The notes below the pieces were generated by a model. That model was not told where the DNA came from, searched no databases, and saw nothing but the letters and a program-made list of their open reading frames with translations. Made by a program: the position numbers and the translations under genes. A stretch of DNA of 64,000 bases. It comes from a virus. The stretch spans positions 4,814-68,813 of IMG/VR virus record IMGVR_UViG_3300036859_000309; one strand, 5' to 3'. This document shows, piece by piece, positions 28,721-38,035 of this stretch (its first letter is position 1; the number at the start of each line of letters is the position of its first letter).

Positions 28721-29356
28721 ATGCTGCAGTTGGCCGAGATCTCCCCGATGCTCCTGGACGAGCGGCCGCTGCCCTGGGGCGACCCGGCCTGGATCTACGA
28801 GCTGAAGTTCGACGGCTACCGCGTGCTGGCGGAGTTCGGGAGCGGGGCGGCGCAGCTGCGCACACGCAGAGGGGCCGATTGCACTGCGTGGTTCCCGGAG
28901 GTGGCGCAGAGCTTGGCCGAATTGAAGGGTGGTCCGCACATCTGCGACGGTGAGGTCTGCGTGCTCGACGAGCACGGCCGCAGCGACTTCAATCGGCTGC
29001 AGGACCGAGCCAGGCGCAGGGGTTGGTACAAGGGCGCAGATTCGGTGACCTTCTGCGTCTTCGACCTCCTTGTCGAGAACGGGAAGGATCTGACCGGACT
29101 GCCCTTGCTAAAGCGAAAGGCGCGGCTGATGAAGCGCCTACCCGGCGCGCTGCCTTCGATCTTGCCTGTCAGCTACTTTCCCGCGGATGAGGCTCGGCAG
29201 ATCTTCGATGTGGCTGTGCACCAGCTGAAGCTCGAGGGGCTGGTGGCCAAGCGCCTGGACAGCGTTTACCGACCGGGCGTCCGCTCGAGCGATTGGGTGA
29301 AGGTGAAGCGCAAGGGGGCGGTGCCGGCGGAGCGATTCAAGCGATCGCCGCGGTGA
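28721..29356 (+). CDS. ATP-dependent DNA ligase adenylation domain (no OB domain)
   Basis: ELKFDGYR (motif I), CDGEV, VFDLL, EGLVAKR, WVKVK. Confidence 0.88.
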   Translation: MLQLAEISPMLLDERPLPWGDPAWIYELKFDGYRVLAEFGSGAAQLRTRRGADCTAWFPEVAQSLAELKGGPHICDGEVCVLDEHGRSDFNRLQDRARRRGWYKGADSVTFCVFDLLVENGKDLTGLPLLKRKARLMKRLPGALPSILPVSYFPADEARQIFDVAVHQLKLEGLVAKRLDSVYRPGVRSSDWVKVKRKGAVPAERFKRSPR

Positions 29357-29449
29357 CGTCTGCGTTCGAATCCCGCAGTGTCGGCCTACTCATGGCACCG
29401 CGCAGGGTACGGGGCGCCTAACCCGTTGTCACGCTTCGCTTTCTGGCTT

Positions 29450-29464
29450 CCTCCGGTTCCGCCA
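29450..29464 (+). other. Putative attP core: tRNA 3' end (probably tRNA-Ser-like)
   Basis: CCTCCGGTTCCGCCA without the 5' part of a tRNA, followed by a terminator and the integrase. Confidence 0.65.
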
Positions 29465-29489
29465 AGAACAATCCCAGAGCCTCCCTAAG

Positions 29490-29521
29490 AACCCCGCGCG
29501 CTACCCGCCGCGGGGTTTTTT
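29490..29521 (+). terminator. Terminator downstream of att core
   Basis: AACCCCGCG...CGCGGGGTT + T run. Confidence 0.7.
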
Positions 29522-29589
29522 CATTGGGGGAACCCTCATAATCGCCCCCACGAAACCCCGGCCAGTCTCGCCCTAGCTCACCGCTCGGC

Positions 29590-29626
29590 ATGGTATCGGG
29601 GATGGCATCGAGGAGGCCGATACCAT
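29590..29626. promoter_or_regulatory. Putative integrase arm-type sites
   Basis: ATGGTATCG (29590), ATGGCATCG (29602), inverted CGATACCAT (29618); related ATGGCACCG at 29392 on the other side of the core. Confidence 0.55.
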
Positions 29627-30815
29627 GGGTTTGACCGCAAAGGCGGTGGAGGCGGCCAAGCCGCGCGAGAAGGGTTACAAGCTGGCGGATGGGCAGGGCC
29701 TGTATCTGTTCGTGACCCCGGCGGGCGGCAAGAGCTGGCGGGCCAACTACACCGAGGCCGGCAAACAGAAGACCCGGACCTATGGGCGCTGGCCGGATAT
29801 GGGCCTCTCGGATGCGAGGAAGGCGCACGCCGGCGCCAAGGAAGCGCCGAAGCTCGAGGCCAAGGCCGTGCCCACCTTCGAGGCCGCGGCGCGCGAGTGG
29901 CTCAAGATCAAGCTGCCCTCGCTGTCCAACACGAAGCACCAGATCCAGGTCGAGAACACGCTGGAGCGCTTCGTCTTTCCGTCGATCGGTACGATGCCCA
30001 TCGACGCGATACCACGCACCAAGCTGGTCGACGTGGTACGGGCGGCCCAGGCTGGCGACAGGATCGAGACCGCGCACCGCGTGGCCGGGCGCATTACCGC
30101 GGTCTTCGATCATGCGCAGGACGTGGGCCACATCGAGAGCCACGGCGCCGCGGGGCTCACCCGGGTGCTGGTGGCGCGCAAGACCAAGAAGCCCATGGCC
30201 AGCATCCCCCCGACCGAAGCGGGGGCGCTGCTGCGCGCGATCGACGACTATGACGAGCCGATCACCCGGCTTGGCCTCTGGCTGCTGGCGTACACCTTCG
30301 TGCGCGTGGGCGAGCTGCGCGGCATGGCCTGGTCGGAGTTCAAGGAAGATGGCGCCGTGTGGGTGGTTCCCGCCGATCGCGTGAAGGGCGACGAGGAGAA
30401 GGCCCTGCCGCACGTGGTGCCGATGTCGCGCCAGGCGCGCGCCGTGGTCGAGCAGCTGCGGCTGCTGACGGGCGAAAAGGCGCTGGTGCTCGACTCAACC
30501 CTGCGCCCGGGGCATCCACTGTCGGAGAACACCTTCCTGTTCGCCCTGTACCGGCTGGGCTACCGTGGGCGCATGACGGCCCACGGGTTCCGCGCGCTGG
30601 CGTCGACGGTGCTCAATGAGCAGTCCGGATTCCCGCATGACGTCATCGAGCGCCAGCTGCAGCACAAGGAAACGGACGCGGTGCGCGCGGCGTACAACCG
30701 GGCGCAGTACCTCACGCAGCGGCGTGCTCTGATGCAGTGGTGGTCGGATTGGCTTGAGGAGCAATGCAAGCATGCAGGTCCGCCACGCGCCAGCGGGTCA
30801 TCCCCGCCACCTTGA
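29625..30815 (+). CDS. int: Tyrosine integrase (P4-like)
   Basis: DGQGLYL arm domain; R..E, HGFR, QLQH, AYNR catalytic motifs. Confidence 0.95.
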   Translation: MGLTAKAVEAAKPREKGYKLADGQGLYLFVTPAGGKSWRANYTEAGKQKTRTYGRWPDMGLSDARKAHAGAKEAPKLEAKAVPTFEAAAREWLKIKLPSLSNTKHQIQVENTLERFVFPSIGTMPIDAIPRTKLVDVVRAAQAGDRIETAHRVAGRITAVFDHAQDVGHIESHGAAGLTRVLVARKTKKPMASIPPTEAGALLRAIDDYDEPITRLGLWLLAYTFVRVGELRGMAWSEFKEDGAVWVVPADRVKGDEEKALPHVVPMSRQARAVVEQLRLLTGEKALVLDSTLRPGHPLSENTFLFALYRLGYRGRMTAHGFRALASTVLNEQSGFPHDVIERQLQHKETDAVRAAYNRAQYLTQRRALMQWWSDWLEEQCKHAGPPRASGSSPPP

Positions 30816-30924
30816 CGGGCTGCGGCAGCTTGTTCTCACCGACCTTGCGCCAGAACGTCGACTGGCCCATGGACAGCATCCTCGCGGCCTCGGCGGCCGT
30901 GACCAGGATCTTCGAGTCGGTCAT
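30712..30924 (-). CDS. AlpA/excisionase-like protein
   Basis: AAEAARMLSMGQSTFWRKV...LPQPVKV..TRWRVADL; convergent and overlapping integrase end. Confidence 0.8.
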   Translation of the reverse strand: MTDSKILVTAAEAARMLSMGQSTFWRKVGENKLPQPVKVAGMTRWRVADLHACIAPQANPTTTASEHAAA

Positions 30925-31535
30925 CCCTTGATTCCTTTCTGCATGGCTTCGCGGCATCCGACGCCGCACCGCGGGGCGATGGTGCCGGAGCGCATGCATT
31001 TGAACGGCGCCACCGCGTCGCCCTCGCCGGTCTCCAGCGACTCGAGTTCGGGCACCGGCTCTCGCGGCCGCGCGGCAACGTCCTCGCGCCCCGCTGGCCG
31101 CTCGGCCTGGGATGCTGCGAGGTAGGCGATGATCTTGGCGGCAAAGTCGGCGTGCATCTCTATGCAGCCCTCGCCATTCACGTAGCGAAGGCAATGCTTC
31201 AATCCCTCAGCCAACTCGCTCGGCTCCCCCACTGGTGCTGGCCGCTCGGATTGCTGGCCGGCGAGGGCGAGGATTGTTCTCGCTTCATCGCGGTAGCTTT
31301 TTCGACTGAGAGCCACCATGGAAACGCCGTAGCCGTGGCTATCGAACAAGGCGTCGATCTGCTCATCTGTCGGCTCGGCCTGCTGCCCGGAGGGCGCTTT
31401 CGGTGCGGCGGCCAGCATTGCGGCATAAGCGGCGGGAAAGTTGCGGATGTGGGTATTCGCCCCTTCCATTGCGTTCTCGAACGCGTCCACCATTCGATCT
31501 GTCGGCTCCACGGGGAGCAGCTTCCACTCGTCCAT
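30921..31535 (-). CDS. Hypothetical phage protein
   Basis: WKLLPVEPT..M...YAAMLAAAP common phage module. Confidence 0.7.
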   Translation of the reverse strand: MDEWKLLPVEPTDRMVDAFENAMEGANTHIRNFPAAYAAMLAAAPKAPSGQQAEPTDEQIDALFDSHGYGVSMVALSRKSYRDEARTILALAGQQSERPAPVGEPSELAEGLKHCLRYVNGEGCIEMHADFAAKIIAYLAASQAERPAGREDVAARPREPVPELESLETGEGDAVAPFKCMRSGTIAPRCGVGCREAMQKGIKG

Positions 31536-32957
31536 TTAGGCTCCCTTCGCATTTCGGGCGATGTCGATGGCGGCTCGGATGTCTTGGTTCACTGCCGCAT
31601 GCAAGCCTCCGATGCGGAAGCGCAAGGAAGGTAGAAGCTCCACGGTCGCGCCTCGCTGTTGCAGGTAGTCGAGGCGTGCCGTGTCTTGCTGCGCAGGCTC
31701 GGCACGCTCATTCAATGCCCGCCGAAGCCGTTCACCCTCCATCGGGGTCAGCACGTTCTCGGACGTGGATGTCGGCCCTTCGATCGTGATCTTGATTCGG
31801 TTGCCCAGTTCGTTGGTGAACTCGCGGGTGATCGCAGGCGCCTGCTTTTCAGTGGGTGGGGGATCGGTAGCGTCGGCAACGGCCTTCAGGCACTCGTTCC
31901 AGCCACGCTGGTAGGCATCCTGGCTGCGCTTGTTCCAGAGCTTTGGCGGGATGCACTTGCCCACGGTGACGCCCATGCTGCCGCGAGGCGCGCAGTCGTG
32001 GAGGGCGTCCCATTGCTCGCCCAGAATCTGCTGTGCACGTCCGAAGCCGATTGCCCGGCCGATCTTCAGCAGGTGCTCGGCCACGTTGGCGCCGAACATG
32101 AGAGCGTCCAGTGGATCGCATGGCACCGGCTTCATGTCTTGCTGCGCAGGCTCGGTCGTGGTGGGGGGAGTGGAGTTGCCTCGTGCACGCTCGTGTTCTC
32201 GGAAGATTTCCAGACGTTCGGCGTAACTCATGCCCCGCTCGTTCAGCGAGGTCGAGACGATGTAGCCGCCAAACCGAATCATCTGGTCGTCGGTCCACGC
32301 CTCCGCTGGGGCTGCTGGCGCTTGCCGGGAGAGGGCAGCGAGCTTATCCAGTGTCATGTAGAACGCGACTCGGCTTCCCATGGTGCGCTCGTGGTTGCGC
32401 CCGTAGTTGGTGTGGTCGTCGGACAGCGCAAGGTAGGCGTCTTTCACGCGCTGAAGTTGCTCTTCAGCCTCTCCAGCACTGCTGCTCTGGCTGGGCTCTG
32501 CTGAGAGCCTACGCAATGCGGCTTCGATCTCAACAGAGCCACCGTGGAAAGCGACGGTGTCGATAGCCTTGTCCAGCGGGATCACCGGCTCTGCGACTTG
32601 CTCGGGAACGTAGCCATGCATCGAGCGCCACACATCGCCGTAGGCCTTCACAACGTGAACGTGATCGCAGTACGGGTGCTCTGCCATCACGCGGCCAAGA
32701 TGATCGCCAGCGCCGCGCAGAATCTCCATGACGAAGTTGAACGGCACGGCTGCGGCGCTCTGTGCCGGCTCTCCGGCTGGTCGCGTGCCAAAGCGGGCGA
32801 GGATGGCGCGTACCGCATCGGGCGTGTACAGGTCGCCGTAGTAGAACTGCCGGCCATCGGTGAATGCGATTTCGCCGAATGGGTCCATGTGTGCGTCGCC
32901 TTTTGGAAGCTCGGGCTGCACACTGGCCGGCTCTGCAGGGGGTAGGGTGGTGCTCAT
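31536..32957 (-). CDS. Modular hypothetical phage protein
   Basis: Long ORF coupled in early operon; ends with DTARLDYL...IRAAID module. Confidence 0.7.
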   Translation of the reverse strand: MSTTLPPAEPASVQPELPKGDAHMDPFGEIAFTDGRQFYYGDLYTPDAVRAILARFGTRPAGEPAQSAAAVPFNFVMEILRGAGDHLGRVMAEHPYCDHVHVVKAYGDVWRSMHGYVPEQVAEPVIPLDKAIDTVAFHGGSVEIEAALRRLSAEPSQSSSAGEAEEQLQRVKDAYLALSDDHTNYGRNHERTMGSRVAFYMTLDKLAALSRQAPAAPAEAWTDDQMIRFGGYIVSTSLNERGMSYAERLEIFREHERARGNSTPPTTTEPAQQDMKPVPCDPLDALMFGANVAEHLLKIGRAIGFGRAQQILGEQWDALHDCAPRGSMGVTVGKCIPPKLWNKRSQDAYQRGWNECLKAVADATDPPPTEKQAPAITREFTNELGNRIKITIEGPTSTSENVLTPMEGERLRRALNERAEPAQQDTARLDYLQQRGATVELLPSLRFRIGGLHAAVNQDIRAAIDIARNAKGA

Positions 32958-33604
32958 GAGCGTTCCTTCAGCGCGGCATCCCGCGCAGTGTTGATCTCGG
33001 CCATGCGCTCGGCGGTGCCGCCCTTGTCGGGGTGGTGCTGGCTGGAGAGGCTGCGCCAGGCCGCCGCGATGGTCTGGACGCCGGCGTCGCGCGGCACGCC
33101 GAGCACCTCCCACCAGGGCCGCGCCATGCCGGCCACGATCGGCGGCGGCAGGGCGGTGAATCCGGTGAAGGCCCGCTCCAGCACGATGGCCCCGCCGTGG
33201 CGCTCGATGGCTCGCATGGCTTCGATCGTGGCGGCCAGGGCCGCGATGTTCTGCTCGACTCTGGTGTAGCAGTCGATGGCCATGCAGCGGGGCGCCGCGC
33301 TCCAGGGATCGTTCCAGTAGACCGCGGCGCCAGGGTCGGCCGGCTGGGACTGATCGGAGCGGGGCAGCCCGTCTAGGCGCAGGCGCAGGTTCGTGCTCAG
33401 CACCAAGTCATCGTCGCGCACGGCCATGCGCCCGAGCTCCTCGCGCAGGCGCTGCGTCGCGCCCGCCACGGTGATTGGCTGGGAGGTGCGCCACGAGTTG
33501 CCCTCGCGGGTGCGAGCGGTACCGAAGCGGCCGGAGGTGCGCTGCACTGGCGCGGTGCGCTTCCAGCCGGGCGGCCAGCTCAGTGGATAGGCTGTGATGG
33601 TCAA
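32954..33604 (-). CDS. Phage J-domain-containing protein
   Basis: YPLSWPPGWKRT N-terminus; WWEVLGV...HHPDKGG J-domain. Confidence 0.85.
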   Translation of the reverse strand: MTITAYPLSWPPGWKRTAPVQRTSGRFGTARTREGNSWRTSQPITVAGATQRLREELGRMAVRDDDLVLSTNLRLRLDGLPRSDQSQPADPGAAVYWNDPWSAAPRCMAIDCYTRVEQNIAALAATIEAMRAIERHGGAIVLERAFTGFTALPPPIVAGMARPWWEVLGVPRDAGVQTIAAAWRSLSSQHHPDKGGTAERMAEINTARDAALKERS

Positions 33605-33828
33605 AGATCTCTCCAGGTAATGCAGCCGGCGCTCGAGCACTGGCCGGTCGTGCGGCCATCGATCGCGGAGGCGGAATAGGTCAGGCGCCCCTTGCACTTC
33701 GGACAGGCCATGGAGGCGCGCACGTCGGCGGCCGGCCGGAAGTCAGGGGCCGGGCAGTGCTCGGTGCGCACCGCGGCCATCGCGCGCGCTGTGGCGCTGG
33801 CCAGGGCGGCGAAGTGCTTCGTGGTCAT
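33601..33828 (-). CDS. Small Zn-ribbon hypothetical protein
   Basis: CPKC...CSSAGC; coupled. Confidence 0.6.
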   Translation of the reverse strand: MTTKHFAALASATARAMAAVRTEHCPAPDFRPAADVRASMACPKCKGRLTYSASAIDGRTTGQCSSAGCITWRDL

Positions 33829-34127
33829 TCGATCGCCCTGCCGCAGCAGTCGCATTGGTTGCTGTCGAGTTCCTCGGGCCCGTGCTCGGCCTGGCAAACG
33901 CAGTAATGCTCGTCGTACTCGTCCGGATCGCCCAGCAGCTCCTCGCCATCGTCCAGGTCGGCGCCTTCACGCCAGGCGGCGCGGTCTTCGAGTTCGGCAC
34001 GGTGATCACGCTCGGCCAACTCCTCGGCCGCTTCCTCCGGGCTGATGTCGGCGCGCAGCTGCTCACGGCGCAGGCGCTCCATGTCGGCCTCGTGCGCCAG
34101 GTCGCGCTCTTCGGGCTGCGTGCTCAT
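33825..34127 (-). CDS. Acidic hypothetical protein
   Basis: Coupled ORF with C-terminal Cys cluster. Confidence 0.6.
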   Translation of the reverse strand: MSTQPEERDLAHEADMERLRREQLRADISPEEAAEELAERDHRAELEDRAAWREGADLDDGEELLGDPDEYDEHYCVCQAEHGPEELDSNQCDCCGRAIE

Positions 34128-34648
34128 TGCGCGCTGCCCTCCATCGCTTGCTGGATGGCGGCGGCCGTGAAGGGCATCAGCCTGCAGGTGCTCGGCAGCA
34201 TCAGCGGGTGCTGCGGGTAGCCGCTGCGCGTGATGCGCAGGCATTTCGGCTCGTCGCCCAGCGCTGCGCGGATCAGCGGCAGCACGATCTGCGGCCGCTC
34301 AAGGCCTGCGGCGTTCGAGCCCCAGGCGACGCAGGTAGCGCCAGAGCGGCGCACCGCCTCGGCAATGTGCTGATCGTTGTCCGGGCCGACCTGGTAGCCC
34401 GCGCGCCGCAGGTCCTCGGGCTTCGTCGCCCGGAAGGCGAAGAGGTTCACCACGTCGATCGCTCCAAAGCCGTGCTCCTGCGCGAACCTCACGCAGCGGC
34501 GGATCGTGGCGTCATCCTGGTCCGCGTCTGCCGTCGACGGGTTCAGCATCACGAACACCAGCGGCTTGCGAGCTCCGTCCTCGGTCCAATCGCGGCCGAG
34601 CCGGTACCGGAACGTGCCGCACGGGGAGAGCTGGGCGGTGCGCTTCAT
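34124..34648 (-). CDS. DUF1643-family protein
   Basis: SPCGTFRYRL, FVMLNPSTAD..DDATIRRC, VNLFAFRAT, PQHPL. Confidence 0.88.
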   Translation of the reverse strand: MKRTAQLSPCGTFRYRLGRDWTEDGARKPLVFVMLNPSTADADQDDATIRRCVRFAQEHGFGAIDVVNLFAFRATKPEDLRRAGYQVGPDNDQHIAEAVRRSGATCVAWGSNAAGLERPQIVLPLIRAALGDEPKCLRITRSGYPQHPLMLPSTCRLMPFTAAAIQQAMEGSAQ

Positions 34649-35520
34649 TCGTCGCTCCCGGATTGCGCCAGAGCCTTCTGCAGGTCGGTGGCCAGCTGCT
34701 GGTCCTTCGCGCTGGAGAACAGGACGCTGTAGCTCCAGGTGCAGTCGCGGAACACTCGCCCATCCTCGAAGTCTTCGAGGCACGACAGGATGCAGTTCGC
34801 GATGTCCTTGTCCTCGGTGGTCTCGATCTGGAAGCGGCCAAGCGCCGAGCTGACGCGGTAGGCGCCTTCTGACCAGTCGCTGCGGGTCTGCTGCATGGCC
34901 ACGGCCAGGTCGAGCCGCTGGTCACGCGAGCGCAGCGCCTCCAGCACGTCGGACCATGACGACTCGATCGGAAGCTCGTAGCGCAGCAGCATGGCCGCGA
35001 GCTCCATGTCTGCCTTGCGGCGCTCCACCACGGCGGCGGCCTCGCGCGCCCGCTTCTCGTCCGCTGCCTTGGCCTCCTGCTCGGCGCGTTCGGCGTAGGC
35101 CTGGTATTCCTTGAGCATGCGCTCGTAGGTGTGCGTGGCCATCTCGAAGCCGTCGGTGGTCGGGCAGTGCCTGCGCAGGTCGCTCAGGTAGCCGGCATCG
35201 TGGCGGATGGTCTTCGGGTACCGGGCGCGGGAGTTCCGGTCGCGCTCGCTGTACGACGTGGGCATGCCGACCTCGGACATCAGCGCCTCGACGCGCGCAC
35301 GTACCGCTTTGTTCGCCTCCAGGGCCGGCAGGTTCTTCTTATGCGTGGCGACGTCGCGCGCACGTGCCGCCTCGAGCTCGGACAGTGCTCGCGTGGCCAC
35401 GGCGCGCGGGTTGCCGGAGCTGTATGAGCTCATGCTGCTGGCGTAGCTGCTGGGGCTGGCCATGCACTTGCCGATGGCGTTGCACAGCTCGACGGCCTGG
35501 ATCTTGACCGACTCACTCAT
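34645..35520 (-). CDS. Hypothetical protein
   Basis: 291-aa coupled ORF. Confidence 0.7.
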   Translation of the reverse strand: MSESVKIQAVELCNAIGKCMASPSSYASSMSSYSSGNPRAVATRALSELEAARARDVATHKKNLPALEANKAVRARVEALMSEVGMPTSYSERDRNSRARYPKTIRHDAGYLSDLRRHCPTTDGFEMATHTYERMLKEYQAYAERAEQEAKAADEKRAREAAAVVERRKADMELAAMLLRYELPIESSWSDVLEALRSRDQRLDLAVAMQQTRSDWSEGAYRVSSALGRFQIETTEDKDIANCILSCLEDFEDGRVFRDCTWSYSVLFSSAKDQQLATDLQKALAQSGSDE

Positions 35521-35894
35521 GGTTCGACCTCGAAGAAGCCCAGCGCGCCCTTCAGCGGCTGGAAGGGGAGGGGCTTAGCATTGGCGAGCACGAAGCCCAC
35601 GGCGCCCATGTACCAGGGCGAGTCGCTATGCTCGACGCAGTCGACGACGTCGACCTGGCCGACGATTCCGCCTCGTTCTAAGGCTTCGTAAGGCGGAACG
35701 TGCGGCCTCGTCTGCGCGGGCAGCTTGGTCACCAAGAACATCACCACGTCCTGGTATTCGCGGCGCGTCATCGCCTGACCGGCGTGCACAAGGATCGTCC
35801 CGCGCTCGCGCGTGCGCCAGCTGCGGTTCTCGATGTCCTTGTGGCCGTTGACGATCAGCCACGCCCACGGCTGGCGGATGGAGAGCGCCTTCAT
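35517..35894 (-). CDS. ASCH-domain protein
   Basis: ALSIRQPWAWLIVNGHKDIENRSW. Confidence 0.92.
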   Translation of the reverse strand: MKALSIRQPWAWLIVNGHKDIENRSWRTRERGTILVHAGQAMTRREYQDVVMFLVTKLPAQTRPHVPPYEALERGGIVGQVDVVDCVEHSDSPWYMGAVGFVLANAKPLPFQPLKGALGFFEVEP

Positions 35895-37009
35895 GCCGGC
35901 ACCTCGTTCCACTCGCGGCCGTCCAGCAGGCGGCCGGCGCCCTTCTTACCGATGCGGTCCATGGTCTGGCGGAAGGGGTTCGGGCCTCCTGGGGTCCACG
36001 CACCGGCATAGGTGAACATGCCCGACTCGACCTTCGTGCGATCGCGCTCGTAGAGATCGCCGCCGGGTCCGCCGTTGCCAGGCGCCCAGGCGCCCCATTG
36101 CTTGAACAGGTAGGCGATGCCGTGCGCCTGGGCGAAGTCGCGCGCGGCGCGGTGCCAGTCCGGATGCGACGGCCGCGCCTTGTGGCCGCTCTCGCCCCCG
36201 CTGATGAGCTGCTTCAGGAACTCCCAGCCGGCCCAGTCCACTGGGCCGAGCGCCGGCTCGTAGCTCGCGAAGGTCTTCCAGCCCGCGGCCGCGATGCGCT
36301 GCATGTGCGGGCGCAGCTCGTCTGCGCGCTGCTGATCTTCAACCGTGCAGCCGATGAAGACGTTGGGCATGGGCCAGTAGTTCGTCGCCTCTCCGCGCCA
36401 GTCGCTCCAGTCCGGGTAGATGCCGTCTGCGATATTGCCGGCAGACACGCGGTTGTGCGCCCACCGGTAGGCGGCGTGGGAAACGAGTTTGCGGAACCGC
36501 GAGTCCAAGAGCAGGGTCGCCATGCGCGCGCCGCGCTTCGTCAGCACCATGAAGGTGTGCGGGCCGCTGAGCATGTTCGGCAACTTGATCTGCACTTCCT
36601 CGGCGGCGGCGTGCATCTTGTAGGTGCCGCCGGGCGTAAAGCCGTCCTGTTCGCGATGGAACGGCCCAGTCGCGCCGGCCACGGCCATCACGCCGAACAT
36701 CTCAGCGATCTGCTCCGGCGTCAGCGCTTCGTGCGCGACGTCGCCCATGCTGGTGAGGAACCACCGGCCGGGCCGGCGCACCGTCAGCGGCTTCACCAGG
36801 TCGGCCTCGCTGAAGTTGACCTTGCCGGTCCACTTACCCTTGCCGCCTGCGCGCACCGCGACGCCGCGGTACTTCTCTTGGCCCATGGCCTCGAGGCGCG
36901 CAGCCATCAGGGCGGCGTAGCAGTTGGCGCACGCAGGCGAGACGGCATCGCAACCGACAACCGGCGTCCAGGTGTGATCGCACCATTCGATCTTCGTGGT
37001 GCTGGTCAT
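35891..37009 (-). CDS. DUF5131 (Gp37/Gp68) family protein
   Basis: IEWCDHTW...GC..VSPACANCYA, LTKR, GGESG, FKQWG. Confidence 0.9.
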   Translation of the reverse strand: MTSTTKIEWCDHTWTPVVGCDAVSPACANCYAALMAARLEAMGQEKYRGVAVRAGGKGKWTGKVNFSEADLVKPLTVRRPGRWFLTSMGDVAHEALTPEQIAEMFGVMAVAGATGPFHREQDGFTPGGTYKMHAAAEEVQIKLPNMLSGPHTFMVLTKRGARMATLLLDSRFRKLVSHAAYRWAHNRVSAGNIADGIYPDWSDWRGEATNYWPMPNVFIGCTVEDQQRADELRPHMQRIAAAGWKTFASYEPALGPVDWAGWEFLKQLISGGESGHKARPSHPDWHRAARDFAQAHGIAYLFKQWGAWAPGNGGPGGDLYERDRTKVESGMFTYAGAWTPGGPNPFRQTMDRIGKKGAGRLLDGREWNEVPA

Positions 37010-37749
37010 GATCCCTCCGGCTGGGTCAGCGGCGGCTCTGGCGGCTCCATGTCCGCGAAGCTGGCCACCATGCGCTCATGGAACGCGACGGAGCTCTTTT
37101 CCCAGACGAACTCCTCCAGGTGCACATCGGCGCTTATCTCGCGCAGGATGTGCGTGGCGCAAGTCCAGGCCTTCGCCTCGTCTTTCGCTTCGTTCGTCAT
37201 GGTCGGCGAGGCCTCGATCGCGCCAAGGTATGGGCAGGTGCGGCATTCCTTGCCGAGCGCGCAGCGCAGATGGTTGTCGGGCAGCGGCGTTGCCGGGCGC
37301 GGATCGTGGCCGCACATCTTCCATGCTGAGGGCAGGCCGCGCCGCTCATGTTCGAACAGCAGGATCATGCGCGGCACCTCGTCGGCCAGGCGCATGGCCT
37401 CGTACATCATCTTCGGCCAGTCCTTGCTGCGGCCATCGGTCGGGCGCTGGTAGAAGTCGCTGTCGGAGAACCTGTTGATGGCGCCGTGCCAGTCTCTGGT
37501 GCCGCAGCCGCGGCGATCAGTGCTCAAGTCGTCGGGCCGCGTGAATTTGTAGCCGCGGATGTACTCGCGGCCCACCTTCAGCGCATCGATGACGGTGCCG
37601 CGGGCGCTGGCGTAGCGGCGGAGATTCACGCCGGCATCCAGGCGGTCGCGCTGCTCCTGAGTGAGCTGTTCACGGTCGAGAGGCGATCCGCGCCATAGCT
37701 TTTCATGGTCGATCCGATCAGCGAGCGAGCGGAGTTCTTCTGGCTTCAT
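37006..37749 (-). CDS. Hypothetical protein
   Basis: 247-aa coupled ORF. Confidence 0.7.
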   Translation of the reverse strand: MKPEELRSLADRIDHEKLWRGSPLDREQLTQEQRDRLDAGVNLRRYASARGTVIDALKVGREYIRGYKFTRPDDLSTDRRGCGTRDWHGAINRFSDSDFYQRPTDGRSKDWPKMMYEAMRLADEVPRMILLFEHERRGLPSAWKMCGHDPRPATPLPDNHLRCALGKECRTCPYLGAIEASPTMTNEAKDEAKAWTCATHILREISADVHLEEFVWEKSSVAFHERMVASFADMEPPEPPLTQPEGS

Positions 37750-37778
37750 ACTGCGGGCCTCAATTGATGGAGGTGGAA

Positions 37779-38012
37779 ATGGAAGACCCGAAGGTGCTCA
37801 CGATGGAAGTCACGAAGAACGGCGAGACGTTGAACTGCGAGGCGACATTCACCTCGCGTCACTGGGCAGCCAAGATCCGGGATGAGCAAGGCAACTTGCG
37901 TGGCGAGGTCTCGATGGTTTTTCACGGGGCGCCGCTGCATGGCCAGGCGTTGGAAGCAGCTGTCCACGACTGGGTATGGGGCTGCGTTCGAAACAACGTC
38001 GGCTTCTCTTGA
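37779..38012 (+). CDS. Small antisense-oriented hypothetical protein
   Basis: GGAGG RBS at 37769-37773; opposite to the surrounding operon. Confidence 0.55.
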   Translation: MEDPKVLTMEVTKNGETLNCEATFTSRHWAAKIRDEQGNLRGEVSMVFHGAPLHGQALEAAVHDWVWGCVRNNVGFS

Positions 38013-38035
38013 CGCTGTAGTCCGGTGGGTCTGTA

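Noticed and set aside
29361-29385. Complete tRNA gene upstream of integrase
   Set aside because: Only a T-loop-like fragment; no D-arm, anticodon arm or acceptor pairing
26900-29400. Host chromosomal DNA between two tandem prophages
   Set aside because: No housekeeping or other pil genes, only one att-like core, and the two arms are non-redundant halves of one phage; cannot be fully excluded without reads
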